From Octopus bimaculoides (Eukaryota), in the NCBI RefSeq assembly GCF_001194135.2, contig NC_068985.1, positions 39,133,142 through 39,165,972 of the forward strand: DNA of 32,831 nt, given 5' to 3'. The notes under the pieces were generated by a model. That model saw only the letters and a list, made by a program, of their open reading frames with translations, searched no databases and had not been told where the DNA came from. Made by a program: the position numbers and the translations under genes. This document shows positions 11,826 to 23,996 of this stretch, piece after piece. The stretch's first letter is position 1. Each line of letters starts with the position of its first letter.

Positions 11826-12034
11826 TTTTGCTCCCGCAGCCCTTCTTTTTTCAAATAATCAAATTTTCGGCATTCAGTAAACATCTACTCGTTACACTAA
11901 GCTTCAAACGTTTCTATCTTTCACTAAATCAAAATATAATGAAACACCGTCAAGATATTCTCATGTATATCTCTAGTTGTAAAATTGATGAAAACGTGTT
12001 GTAGGAATTTAAACAATTTCGACGTGGTGATGTC

Positions 12035-12261
12035 CACTTACCATCTAACTGATGTTGGAGGACCATCGCATACCCTTCTTTAAAGTTATCTCCCCTTCTA
12101 AACGCAGACGGCTTTCATGATATTCGCTTCATGATATTCACTTACCATCGTAACTTAACACTTTAACTGATGTAGGACAACCATTCATAAAGCAATGGCT
12201 ATCTTCGCTCATTGCACTATTTTTCAAGTTATTTCACATTCTTAAAGCTGCCGGCTTTCAT
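12035..12261. repeat. Imperfect tandem duplication with units of about 86 and 123 bp
   Basis: CACTTACCATC..TAACTGATGT.GGA...CCAT...AAGTTAT...TTCT.AA.GC.G.CGGCTTTCAT at 12035-12120 and 12139-12261. Confidence 0.75.
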
Positions 12262-13214
12262 CTCCTTTATGAATTCGATTTTTATTTGTCTTGTGCAATT
12301 CTACTTGAAAATTCATAGCTAGGCCGGTTCTATAAACAATATTTATTCAGATGTTTTGATTCCAATCCTTCTCTGGACAAAATTCTCCGATATCCTGTTA
12401 TTATAATCTTCATTTACGTCATTACATACACACACATTTCTATTATTATTTTACACCAGGCGGTTTACCATTTATTGTGTACCTTAACATTTGGAATCAT
12501 ATGATGCAATTCTTTGAAGGGGAATTTTTCTCAATCCTGCCATAATCTGGCTTTCACTTCTCACTTATGAAAAGTGATGAAAATAATCGCAAATGACTAT
12601 TTTTATATATCACTTTCAGTCTCTTGCCCTCCTCGCTAATCTGAATTACCGCTTCTTTAGAGACAGACTAAACAGAGATCACATTCTCCCTCCCCATCTC
12701 TCTCCTCCTCTTTTTCAATCTCTGTCCTTTGTCCTCTCTTTTTTCCTCCCTCTCTATTTCCTCTCCACACACACTCAAACAAATTTCTAACTGGAGAAGT
12801 AAAACAAAAGGTTCATTCGTTTCATGCCTGAGAAATTCCGACAACCTTTCCTACTCATTGTTATACTTTTTTTTTCATCTCTTAAATAGCAAATCTCTTC
12901 CCAAAATCATCTCCATAGCTATGGGTAGCATTCCCATCCACCTACATTTTTTTGTGAGTTCTACGCAAGTATCACTTAAGATATTCTATATTCTTCTTTC
13001 GTTAAATTTCTAATTGAATCGTTATTATTTATGACATCCCATACTACTATAGAGATGGAACCACTTCGTACCTCTTAAAACCCATTGTATAATGTAATTT
13101 TATTGCCGTTACATAATTGCTGACTCAGTTCAAAACACTTGTGTCTGATGACATTTTGATAACACATCGATCTCATGATATTTTGTTCAGAAAATCCTTT
13201 TTTGAAAATACAGT

Positions 13215-13500
13215 ATGGAATGGTGATCGGTAATTGGAGGAGACATGGTGGTCGGTATGCAAGTGATAATAACGGGGCTGGGGATTTTCGAACTGGTTGT
13301 GGGGATGGTGGTAGTTGGTGGTCATGGTGACAGCGATGGTAATGTTGAGGGTGGTAGATGTGGATGTTGTGTTCGTAATTATGATTGCCATAGGAAGGGC
13401 GAGGATAGTTAGGTTGTGGTCATGGAAGTGGTTTTGATGGCAGTGTTAGTAACAGTAATGAGTATGGTACCAGTAGTAGTATAAGGAGGAGTAATAACTC
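13215..13500. repeat. Degenerate (GGT/GAT/AGT)n low-complexity tract
   Basis: G-rich sequence with trinucleotide periodicity and no long open frame. Confidence 0.7.
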
Positions 13501-14219
13501 TTGCGATAAAACTTAAGAGTTTCCGATCAAATTATTTTAGAGTAACTTACACTCTTTCTATTCATATTGAATACAGAAAAAAAATATCGATATATTCATG
13601 GCTGGAACACAGCAATAGATAGGTGAGATAATTTCAGGCTGGGTTTTAAATAATCATAATAAAAAATATCGTAGACTTACTACAAATATTGTATGTAAAG
13701 TCACTCTTTTCCAGGTTTAAAGCAAAATGAAGGAAATTGCTCTATTTTACCAGGAAGAATATTTACCAAAGACTGTAGGGAAGAAATATGGCAAACAAAC
13801 TTCATGTTTCAGGCAAATATTTTTTTCTCACCTGGAATTAAGTTCTGAACTCTTGTGAGCCGTATTACAACTATAGATTCTTGTGGTTCATGATCGAATT
13901 AATATTTTAAACACATTTTCTAAAATGAAATAACTATAAAACTAATGTTTATAAACAGAATTAAAATATTAAATAAATTCTAAATTATTAAACTCATTTT
14001 TCTTCTTCATCACTCCCAAATGGAATTTCTCTCTCATCCCCTTCCTTGTATTTTTGTTATCGCCAGCAGAATAATTTAATCCCTATCATTCTAACTTCAT
14101 TCTTATATTTAAGACTTTCTTCCGTTTCAGCTCTCTCTCTCTCTCACAACTGTTCCTCAAAGAAACTTAGCAGTATTAGATCAGGAATGAATTGACTTAA
14201 TATTGATTTTTTTACTTTC

Positions 14220-14220
14220 C

Positions 14221-14279
<59 letters not shown>

Positions 14280-14305
14280 CATCATCATCATCATCATCAT
14301 CAACA
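14220..14305. repeat. Compound microsatellite (TTA)n(ATC)n
   Basis: Direct reading. Confidence 0.97.
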
Positions 14306-16170
14306 TCATAATCCCCTTTCTTTTTTCACTCTCCTCCTCCTCTCTCTCACTTTCCCTCAATACTTCTTCATTTGTTCTTTTAGTTGCTGAGATCATATTG
14401 GTATTTGTCACATAAAGCAATTCTAGTCATTTGTACTAGAGGGCTGGTCTGGAATTTGAAATATTTCATTATCAGTTGCTAACAATAATGAATAGTATGA
14501 TGTATTAACTTTAATGCTTTTATTTATTTTATTATTATTATTATTTTCTTTCTTTTTTTTTTTACTTGTCTTGTCGGATGATAGTAATCTCCCCAGAAAC
14601 GAACCTCCAGTTCAGATGCAATTGTCGCTGAATTCATTTCAGTTTATTTTCTGAACTAATGACCTTGGAATGCAACTAAATAAAACTTCTTTCTTGTTTG
14701 CTGTCGCATTAAAAGTCCATGAAGTATAAGGCCTACTAAATCGGCTATTGTCAATAAAATTTTGACACATGAATATCGCCTTATATAGCCATGTACACGT
14801 CGGCAACTTTGATTTGAGTATAAACTGAACAGAAAAATACTAACAGTCAACTAATGCGTTCCACGCTTCTACCTAGCCTACTGCATACTGCGTACAGGCG
14901 TTTAAGCAGTTTAATCATCTAATCATGGTACTAAACGTCATCTCCTTAACAAAGTGTACTCGGGAATGAGTGGTAATACTCTGAGAATAGACGGTTAGCC
15001 TTCACCTTTAATTACGCAAAACGGTCCGATGGTGAATAGGAAAATCCAGACTAGAAAACGTGTAACCTGAATAGAAATTTAAATGAAATCGATGGGAGAT
15101 GTACATCTCGGTGATTAAACTTGCAAAGAATTTGCCCTATAGGTACTAAACAATGTTGAATTTGATGCCCTATCTATACATTTTATATCTTCATTCTTAT
15201 TAATTAATTCTTATTAAATAAAATTGTCTCGCGCGTTTTTTAATTTCCTTCTTTATCTGGCGCACCCATCACTTTTATTGCTACTAACTATTACCGTTGT
15301 TCTTGATGTCGATTAGATTTAGGTCAACGCTAATCCAAGAGATCTGTGATCAAAGTATCTCCAGCCTTCACATTCTAATCTTATGTTCAGCCTCGATGTA
15401 TTTGATATATTTAGCAACACATTATCCCAAATTGCCTTTTGGCTTTTAGGATGATATGATTTAACAAAAATCTGGCTGGTATTTCTAGCATGTCAGGCAA
15501 CCACATCATGACTCGTACGCTGGCATTTTTTTCTTATTTGCTAAGAGTTATATTTCATGGCTTCTTCAAACTTACTTCTGTACTACTATATATTTTACAC
15601 ACTTGTTTCCTTTTATTTATAGCATCTTTCCTACCAAATATTTCATTTTACCTTCTTTATAACTTTCTTCGTTGTTTTTTAATCCTGACACTTCAATACA
15701 TTTTCCTCTAAAACTCCTGCAATGCTTCTCTCCTGTCTTATTTTGTCCTAACAACTTCTGGTGTTAAGTAAATTTTCAGTCTCACAGTTAATATCGGACT
15801 GTTATAAAACAGTGACCAAGGAACCAGCTTTCAAGTTTCTTGTATTCATCAATTCTCTTCATAATGTGTCAAAAGCACCAGCTTCAAACAAGCATAAATC
15901 ACTGTAACTCATAAGATTGAATCTGACATATCTGTTTCCCACTTTTCCTTGGTCTATTTTCTCTATTGCTTTTTTTTTTTTCTTTCAATTTCCATCTAAT
16001 CCCAATGTTGCAAATATCAATAGACCATTGTCGTAAGAAACTGTTATCTTAACTAGGTCGAAATATTTCTGTCCATTTACATACTTTATAATCCTCTATT
16101 CCTACATATTATACCAATGAACATGCACACATTTGAGTATGTTTCTGCATGTATATACACGTAAATTTTA

Positions 16171-16225
16171 TTATTCTCTTACTTGTTTCAGTCATTTGAC
16201 TGCGGCCATGCTGGAACACCGCCTT
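16171..16225 (-). mobile_element. Isolated 3' tail of SINE family B or its partner LINE
   Basis: Reverse complement AAGGCGGTGTTCCAGCATGGCCGCAGTCAAATGACTGAAACAAGTAAGAGAATAA matches 20150-20199 and the minus-strand copy at 32574-32620. Confidence 0.85.
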
Positions 16226-16244
16226 ATGTATTTAAAAGTGTGAG

Positions 16245-16363
16245 ATGCTTACAGCACCTAGATTTCCCAAGCGGTCACTCATGTAAGTACTCACTAGGCC
16301 CGGCTTTCCTTAACTTCGGTGATCGGACAAAAATGGTGCATTCAACGTAATATGGCCGTACAT
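16245..16363 (-). pseudogene. RNA5S: Full-length (about 119 nt) dispersed 5S rRNA pseudogene
   Basis: Reverse complement ATGTACGGCCATATTACGTTGAATGCACCATTTTTGTCCGATCACCGAAGTTAAGGAAAGCCGGGCCTAGTGAGTACTTACATGAGTGACCGCTTGGGAAATCTAGGTGCTGTAAGCAT is colinear with metazoan 5S (TACGGCCAT, GTCCGATCACCGAAGTTAAG, AGTACTT, GACCGC.TGGGAA, GGTGCTGTA). It carries many substitutions and is not in a tandem array. Confidence 0.92.
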
Positions 16364-17314
16364 GTACATGCATGTATTGTATATGTGTGTGCGTGTGTGT
16401 ATGTGTGTGTAGATGTGCCTGTGTGTATGAACGCGCATGTGTATTTGTGTAACCATTCCAACCTACAAAGATGTTCTTGCTGCATGTATTACTACCGTGA
16501 CAATAAGAAAAAAATTGTTCCCCTTTAATCCATAGCACCAGCAATGTGTTGAGTCATTGAGCACTCTCAGGGGTTAAATATATTGCTAAGATGCTCTAAA
16601 CTTGTACTGACATTACTGAAGTATGTCTATTTACTATATAATCTCTAGAATGTAAGTTAGCGATCCGATATATTATATACCGCTTATAAAGTCCTCTGAA
16701 GGTAATTTTTATTGCCGTACTAAACCAGTTACTATTTGATATATAAAGTAATTTCTTCTTACGTTTTGTTTTTATTCCAACAATTGCTACATATATTGAG
16801 AGGCTAAAGGTGTAACTATCTTAAATTCAACAGCGGCTGACGAGGTGATAGATCACCGAAATCTCTAGATAGGCAAAACATTAGCAAGTAGATATCCAAT
16901 ATTTTGTACATTGTCTTATATCCTCAGTTTAAAGAATATCTGATAAGAGAAGACGGTATTTGGAAACTCTTAATTAACCCGCCATATATATTCATATGTG
17001 TCTGTGTGTATGTGTCCGTATTTGAGTGTTTCAAGTTGAAAGGATGTTAGATTTTTTATGACTCACTCGTATATGAAATAACATCCTCAAAAAAGAAATA
17101 AGTACTAGAGGCGATTTGATTTCCAGTTGGTGTCATAACGTAATCACAGTAAAATGATGAACACAGATAAAAGAAAATTAATTATAGCAAAGACAACAAT
17201 TTTAAGGAATGTGGGTAACAGGAATAATTACCCACTCGTATTTGACAGGTATAATTTTCTTTCGGCCAAGAGAAATGAAGGCAAGTTGATCTGGGCGGTA
17301 TTTCCACTCAGAAC

Positions 17315-17476
17315 GTATGTATGTATGTATGTATGTATGTATGTATGTATGTATGTATGTATGCATGTATGTATGTATGTATGTATACACACATGGGTGC
17401 ATGTGTATATATATGTATGTATATTTATATAAAATAGTAAAAGAATAAAATGATAAAAGAATATACACACATATAT

Positions 17477-17565
<89 letters not shown>

Positions 17566-17572
17566 TATATAG
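17315..17572. repeat. Microsatellite cluster (TATG)n, (CA)n, (TA)n
   Basis: Direct reading. Confidence 0.95.
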
Positions 17573-17574
17573 TA

Positions 17575-18900
17575 TTACTAAAATAGATGGAATGTATATT
17601 CGATTTTTATTAAGTACAACACATATTTCGACCCGTCATTCTCGGTTTCTTTGGGTACGTCACTAAAAGAGATCGCACTAGAGATTTCTTGTGTCAGCTT
17701 GCTTACCGCTATATGTCCATCAAATTCGAGAATATATCCGAAGATACATTCTATTGCTCCTTCTTAAGCTCACTTTAGCCAGGCATGATGTTGAGAATAT
17801 TTTCTGTTAGTTGTTGGTTGTCTAATTCCTTAACTCGGTCCTGAAATCTTCCTTGCCGAGACTGTCTAGTTTTCTGTAACTTGATCATTAACTTATTAGT
17901 CTTGTCTAAGTGGAACTATCAAAGCCCGAATTTGTGACCTGTGTATCGAAGTACCTGACATTGTAGATAGCTTATGTTAAGTTTATGAGTACACTTAATG
18001 AGGCCATCAATTTACCACCAGAGAAAATCAAGGTGATGTCTGACAGATAGTTGAAAGCATCTGATGGGGCTAATTCTTTCTAGGGTTAGAGTCTAAACGA
18101 CTATTCATCTGAATGGAATGTTTGCTGTTTCTGCATATTATTTGTTTAATGTCTCTGCATATTATCTGTGCTTACCTGTGACAAAATTCCCATAATCACG
18201 TGTCAGGGTTACGGATAAAAGCTTTCTGGTATTCAGTCTATGGAGTGCAGAAACCAGTTTTTCTACTTTTACAGCCTTCGTTCTAGCTTTGTTGATTAAA
18301 CTGTTTATCTCAACAGCCAAATGAGATTTTGCTACATCCTTCTGCTTTTCTTGTAATGGAGCAAATTTATGCATATCCTCATATATTATCCGCAATAACA
18401 TCTGAGTATATTTTGTAGCGTAGCGTGCAAAAAAATAGCCTAACAATATGTCTTTACCGATCCTTAAAACATGTTTTAATATTTATAGTGTTAGATGTTT
18501 GTTTAAACTAGTAGGATTACATGGCTCCTCTAAGTTAGGTATTCCAGTGGTTCTGTCTGTGTAATATATTTCCCTGTTGAATATTATATTTCGACCAGAA
18601 GTTTGCGGCATAGTTTTTCTCCATTTATTTGAGATTCGAATTGTATGGGATATTCCTTATGAAATGTTCTTATATTAAGATTCGTACTTTGAATAATTGC
18701 CTTTATAATGATTCCCTCTCCATATTCCAAACTAGATTTCTTTTACTTCACTTACTCTTGGTACTGCATTGATTTCTATTTCATATTAACAAGTTCTTGA
18801 GAAAAACGCTTTGAATTGAAGTCAAGCTGTTTCTTTTGTTGCAAGAAGAATTGTCACTCTTCGCACAACCAGATTCTTCAAAATTCACCGATGATCCCTT
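17575..18900 (-). mobile_element. Decayed Penelope-like retroelement (Penelope/Neptune type): RT C-terminus, linker, GIY-YIG remnant and 3' end
   Basis: Minus-strand motifs in order: FGIWRG at 18714-18731 (after the expected YIDD position), HKEYPIQFESQINGEKL (like HP.IKFT.E), CNP (like SCHP), YTQMLLRI at 18387-18410 (like PYSQ.LRI), LINKARTKA (like I.KA..KA), GRFQDRVKE (like GIY-YIG T.R....R.KEH). An AATAAA lies near the 3' end, which abuts a (TA)n tract. Confidence 0.7.
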
Positions 18901-19789
18901 GCTTCAGGCGCTCAGATTTCGCTTATTTCTTTCTTTTTTTCAGAAGGAGTCTTGTTATGTCATATTTGTTTAATATTTCTTTCCTCTTTTACCATTTGTG
19001 TCGTTTCGTCATTGATTTCATTAAAGATTGACAAATATTTCTCTTATCTTTTCTACTTTATTCTGTATATTTGTTTTCCANNNNNNNNNNNNNNNNNNNN
19101 NNNNNNNNNNNNNNNNNNNNNNNNNNNNNNNNNNNNNNNNNNNNNNNNNNNNNNNNNNNNNNNNNNNNNNNNNNNNNNNNNNNNNNNNNNNNNNNNNNNN
19201 NNNNNNNNNNNNNNNNNNNNNNNNNNNNNNNNNNNNNNNNNNNNNNNNNNNNNNNNNNNNNNNNNNNNNNNNNNNNNNNNNNNNNNNNNNNNNNNNNNNN
19301 NNNNNNNNNNNNNNNNNNNNNNNNNNNNNNNNNNNNNNNNNNNNNNNNNNNNNNNNNNNNNNNNNNNNNNNNNNNNNNNNNNNNNNNNNNNNNNNNNNNN
19401 NNNNNNNNNNNNNNNNNNNNNNNNNNNNNNNNNNNNNNNNNNNNNNNNNNNNNNNNNNNNNNNNNNNNNNNNNNNNNNNNNNNNNNNNNNNNNNNNNNNN
19501 NNNNNNNNNNNNNNNNNNNNNNTATATATGTACATATATACATAAACGTTCAGGTTTATACCTGTATTTATCGGGGCCCTGTGATATGTAACACACTGTC
19601 TAGGGAAATTAGACTTCTCGAAACCAAAAAGGAGAAAGCTAATTCGAAGACTACAGATGCAATCCATCACTGGATCTTTAAAAATCGGTAAAACTTTCCA
19701 GAAGTTTATCATTTAAATATATACAACCATGTCTAGATATGCAACTATATGCATGAGAAGACATAGATAAAGCAATACAAATCTGCACA

Positions 19790-19838
19790 CATACATACAT
19801 ACATACATACATACATACATACATACATACATACATAC
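19790..19838. repeat. (TACA)n microsatellite
   Basis: Direct reading. Confidence 0.95.
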
Positions 19839-19994
19839 AAAAATATCCTGTTGTTGATGTTGAAATTCCAATGAAGAAGTCTTGGATCTAGGTTAGCAAC
19901 CAGCTCTTTCTCTATTGGCAAGAAATCTTGAAATAAGATTGAACAATGACATATATACATACACACATACATATGTTATACATCTGTATGCGTG

Positions 19995-20199
19995 TGAACA
20001 AACCAACACCTCTTGAAAACTGGTGTTGGTTTGTTTACGTTCTTATTAACTTAGCAGTATGGTCAAAGCAACCAATAGAATACTTACCAGGTTTTATAAA
20101 TATATATATATATACTTGAATCGATTTGTTCAACTGATCGATCCAAAGTACTACCCCAGCATGGCTGCCGTCCAATGACTGAAACAAGTAAAAGATAAA
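19995..20199 (+). mobile_element. SINE family B, 3' half and tail
   Basis: TGGTGTTGGTTTGTTTACGT...TAACTTAGC...CCCCAGCATGGCTGCCGTCCAATGACTGAAACAAGTAAAAGATAAA matches the minus-strand copy at 32574-32745. Confidence 0.75.
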
Positions 20200-20633
20200 C
20201 GATAAACAATGAAGAGAAACACTTGCCAGTTTTTCGAAGGAAGATAAATTGATCTAGGAAGTCTCTTACAAAGATAATTAAACGATCAGACCATTCCGTT
20301 TTGTTTCAGTCCGTTTTTGTTTCTTTACTTGTTTTTCATTGCTTTTATTATATCTTTTCTCTTATTATTTGCATGATTGCGGCACCGTTGTTTTCGTCAC
20401 CGTTGTTGTTGTTTTTGTTGTTGTTATTTTTCTTCTCCTTCTATTGTTCTAACCTATTTCAACTGTCTTATTTATCGACTTATTCCTTGTGAAATTGAAC
20501 GAGATGAAACAAGTGTAGGGAAAAGGAAACATACTTCATTTATAGAGAAAGCTTTGCCCTCTATTACTGACAAGAGGCAACATTCCACACCAATCGATTG
20601 TTCCAGCACTTATTGAGTTTTCGCCATCATTCT

Positions 20634-20760
<127 letters not shown>

Positions 20761-21134
20761 ATGAATAAAATGATAAAAACGATCGCAGTAACTAGAAGTG
20801 TCAAATTTAAGCTTAAGAGAAAATAAATAAAGTTCTTTCTTAGAATAAATTTTTCGACTTGAAAATTAATTGACTGCAAAGAAAATGATTGAATTGTGTC
20901 CAATTTGAATCAATGAATACATAATTGTTATTTGTAAAAGACCACTTCTCTAAAATATTGAAGTCGAAAACGATGCCGATGCGTTGTTATCTGCGATAAA
21001 CGCTCACACATATAGATACAACTACAAATAAAACCATTCGTATAACCGCACGAATATTTTGTGTGTGTGGGTAATTGTGTGTATATGTGACTGTGTGTGA
21101 TTGTGTATATATGTGAGTGTATTTGAGTGTATAT

Positions 21135-21137
21135 ATA

Positions 21138-21188
<51 letters not shown>

Positions 21189-21190
21189 AT
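21135..21190. repeat. (TATC)n microsatellite
   Basis: Direct reading; abuts a gap. Confidence 0.95.
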
Positions 21191-22429
21191 ATGTATNNNN
21201 NNNNNNNNNNNNNNNNNNNNNNNNNNNNNNNNNNNNNNNNNNNNNNNNNNNNNNNNNNNNNNNNNNNNNNNNNNNNNNNNNNNNNNNNNNNNNNNNNNNN
21301 NNNNNNNNNNNNNNNNNNNNNNNNNNNNNNNNNNNNNNNNNNNNNNNNNNNNNNNNNNNNNNNNNNNNNNNNNNNNNNNNNNNNNNNNNNNNNNNNNNNN
21401 NNNNNNNNNNNNNNNNNNNNNNNNNNNNNNNNNNNNNNNNNNNNNNNNNNNNNNNNNNNNNNNNNNNNNNNNNNNNNNNNNNNNNNNNNNNNNNNNNNNN
21501 NNNNNNNNNNNAAGAAAAAAATTGGAGACAAAAGAATAATACTTTTTTGTTTTGTTTTGTTTTTTGCTTTGTTTTTCAGAAAAAAAATATTCGATTCGTT
21601 TCCAATATTCTTTGCTGTAAGAACCCTTTGATTAAAATGTAAGGTTGTGTGTGCGCCAATTTACATTAGTTCAAGTGAGGTATTGTCGCTATGTTTGTGC
21701 GCATATGTTTTTCCGTTTCTCAGTACGTATGAGTGTCAAATATAAATGAATTTGCATTAGTTTGCATGGTCAATTAACTATATTTGACACAGTATGTACG
21801 TGTCTTTACGTGTGTGTGTGTGTTCTCTAATCATTTTTTTTTTGTTACTTCCTTCTTGTTTATTGATGTCACAATTTTTTTTTTATTTATATAATATAAT
21901 GGTGTTTTATATTTAATTTTATGTAAATTCCTCAGAATTGATAAGAAGCCACTACTAACTCCAATTTCCAGTGCTTGTTCGATACACGGTCAATCTATTT
22001 CGATCCAATTGCTACTGTCTTTAGAACACGTCATAAAATCGATTATCCATCGTTGCTGATCCAAGGACTCGATAATCTTCTGTCTATAAATAATATTGGT
22101 TAAGAATATTTTTTGAAGCATTCTGAACGTATCTTTACAAGGTAGGTTTTATTCTACGTTCATATATGTGCCATTGTGTTTCAGCCAAGGTGATTTAATT
22201 TCCTCCTCTTACTCAACTGGATATCTTTATTTATACAGTTACTTATTTTTGCACCAAGCCCAAAAATCAAAATTATATTTCTCAAAATAAGAAGGTATTG
22301 CAAGTGAGATACGTAAACCACAATCATTTTAAGACTGCTTCTGAATTTTGATTGTACGTATTTAATATTGGTAATATTATTTTTACCGATAGTAATATCT
22401 CCATCAATATTCTTTTTACTATTTCTACT

Positions 22430-22636
22430 AATATTCTTTACTACTCTAAGCACAAGGCCCGAAATTTTGGGTGAGGGGGCTATTCGATTACATAGTGCGT
22501 AACTCGTACTTAATTTATTAATCCCGAAAGGATGAAAAGCAAAGTTGACCTCGGCGGAATTTGAACTCAGAACGTGAAGACAGACGAAAGTACTGCTAAG
22601 CATTCAGCCCGACGCGCTAACGTTTCTGCCAGCTCG
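22430..22636 (-). mobile_element. SINE-like family A, tail type 3, reverse orientation
   Basis: Reverse complement CGAGCTGGCAGAAACGTTAGCGCGTCGGG...TTCTGAGTTCAAATTCCGCCGAGGTCAACTTTGC...AAAATTTCGGGCCTTGTGCTTAGAGTAGTAAAGAATATT. Confidence 0.88.
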
Positions 22637-23314
22637 TAGACTTAATATTTTTATTAATATTAATGTCAATATTATTGTTGTTGCTGTTGCTGTACTGCTG
22701 CTGTCGCTACTAAGTCAGCGGGATCCCAGTCATAATATTCTTTTATTTTCCCACTTCTTTTCTGAAATATATTGAATCGAATGACTAAATTACCTAATGT
22801 ATCAAAGCTTTTCATTTATATCTTATTTAGATATTTTTGTGACAATAAAGTGTGACAGCAAGGGAATTTTTACTGCTATTTCTAAAACTTTCATTCGTAA
22901 GCGTGTTATTGTATTTATTTACGCTGTTGTTCCTACAGCTGCAGACACTTTTCGTTATGCTGTTGTCGTTCTTTTCGCTACTGTCGCTGATGCAAACAGT
23001 TTTATGGAATTATATGTTTGACAGAATATAGAAATTTGACAGCCTTGAGACACGGTAATTTTTTCCCTCGCTTGTGCTTGTGTCGTACAGTGTAATGTCT
23101 TAAGTGGTTCCATCTAATATTTCCATGCCTGACATGATTATTACTTTCTGACTCCAAGATCTTATTTTCATCAAATATTCCAATATTTCAAATATTCTCA
23201 TGCTGGCTGATTGCATGCTATTCCAGACGTGTATATATTGACGCAATATCTCTTGTTGCTTCTGTTGAAGAGGTTAGAGTGGTGTTAGTGTCATCATTAT
23301 AGTTACTCTTCTGC

Positions 23315-23453
<139 letters not shown>

Positions 23454-23546
23454 NNNNNNNNNNNNNNNNNNNNNNNNNNNNNNNNNNNNNNNNNNNNNNN
23501 NNNNNNNNNNNNNNNNNNNNNNNNNNNNNNNNNNNNNNNNNNNNNN

Positions 23547-23720
23547 GAAAGTTTCGCGGTATTTCGTCCGTCTTCACGTTCCAAGTTCAAATTCCACCGA
23601 GGTCGACTTTGCTTTCATCCTTTCGGGGTCGATAAATTAAGTACCAGTTGAGTACTGGGGTTATACAATCGACTATACCCCTCCCCCAATTTTTAGGCCT
23701 CGTGCCTATAATAAAAAGCT
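23547..23720 (+). mobile_element. SINE-like family A, tail type 3; 5' end in gap
   Basis: Core TTCAAATTCCACCGAGGTCGACTTTGC; ends TTTTAGGCCTCGTGCCTATAATAAAAAG. Confidence 0.88.
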
Positions 23721-23774
23721 ATAATATAGTTACTCATCTGCTTGTTGTTGTTGTTATTATTATTATTATTATTA

Positions 23775-23996
23775 AAGCTACGAGCGGGCAAGATCGTTAG
23801 CACGCCGGGCGAAATACATAGCGGTATTTCGTTCGTCTTTACGTTCGGAGTTAAAACTCTGTCGAGGTCGACTTAGACTTTTATCCTTTCAGGATCAACA
23901 AATTAAGTACCAGTGAAAAACTGGGGTCGATATAATCTACTATCTCCCTCTGACAAAATTTCAGGTCTTGTGACTATAACAAAATGGATTATTATT
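23775..23996 (+). mobile_element. SINE-like family A, tail type 3
   Basis: ATCGTTAGCACGCCGGGCGAAAT...GAGGTCGACTT; ends TTTCAGGTCTTGTGACTATAACAAAATGGATTATTATT. Confidence 0.85.

Noticed and set aside
12574-12644. C/D-box snoRNA-like pair GTGATGA...CTGA about 70 nt apart
   Set aside because: There is no terminal stem and no recognisable rRNA antisense element, so it is expected by chance in AT-rich DNA.
14181-14420. Poly-Ile, poly-Asn, poly-Ser/Gly and YI/CV-repeat ORFs here and at 17154-17536, 20610-20903, 23218-23635 and 26278-26628
   Set aside because: These are translations of microsatellites with no coding evidence.
15500-15960. Purine-rich minus-strand stretch with faint RTE-LINE-like peptide fragments
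   Set aside because: The motifs are too degenerate to assign by eye.
22024-22147. Strong donor CAAG|GTAGGT at 22142 with a possible upstream acceptor at about 22023
   Set aside because: All three frames between the sites contain stops, and there is no other support.
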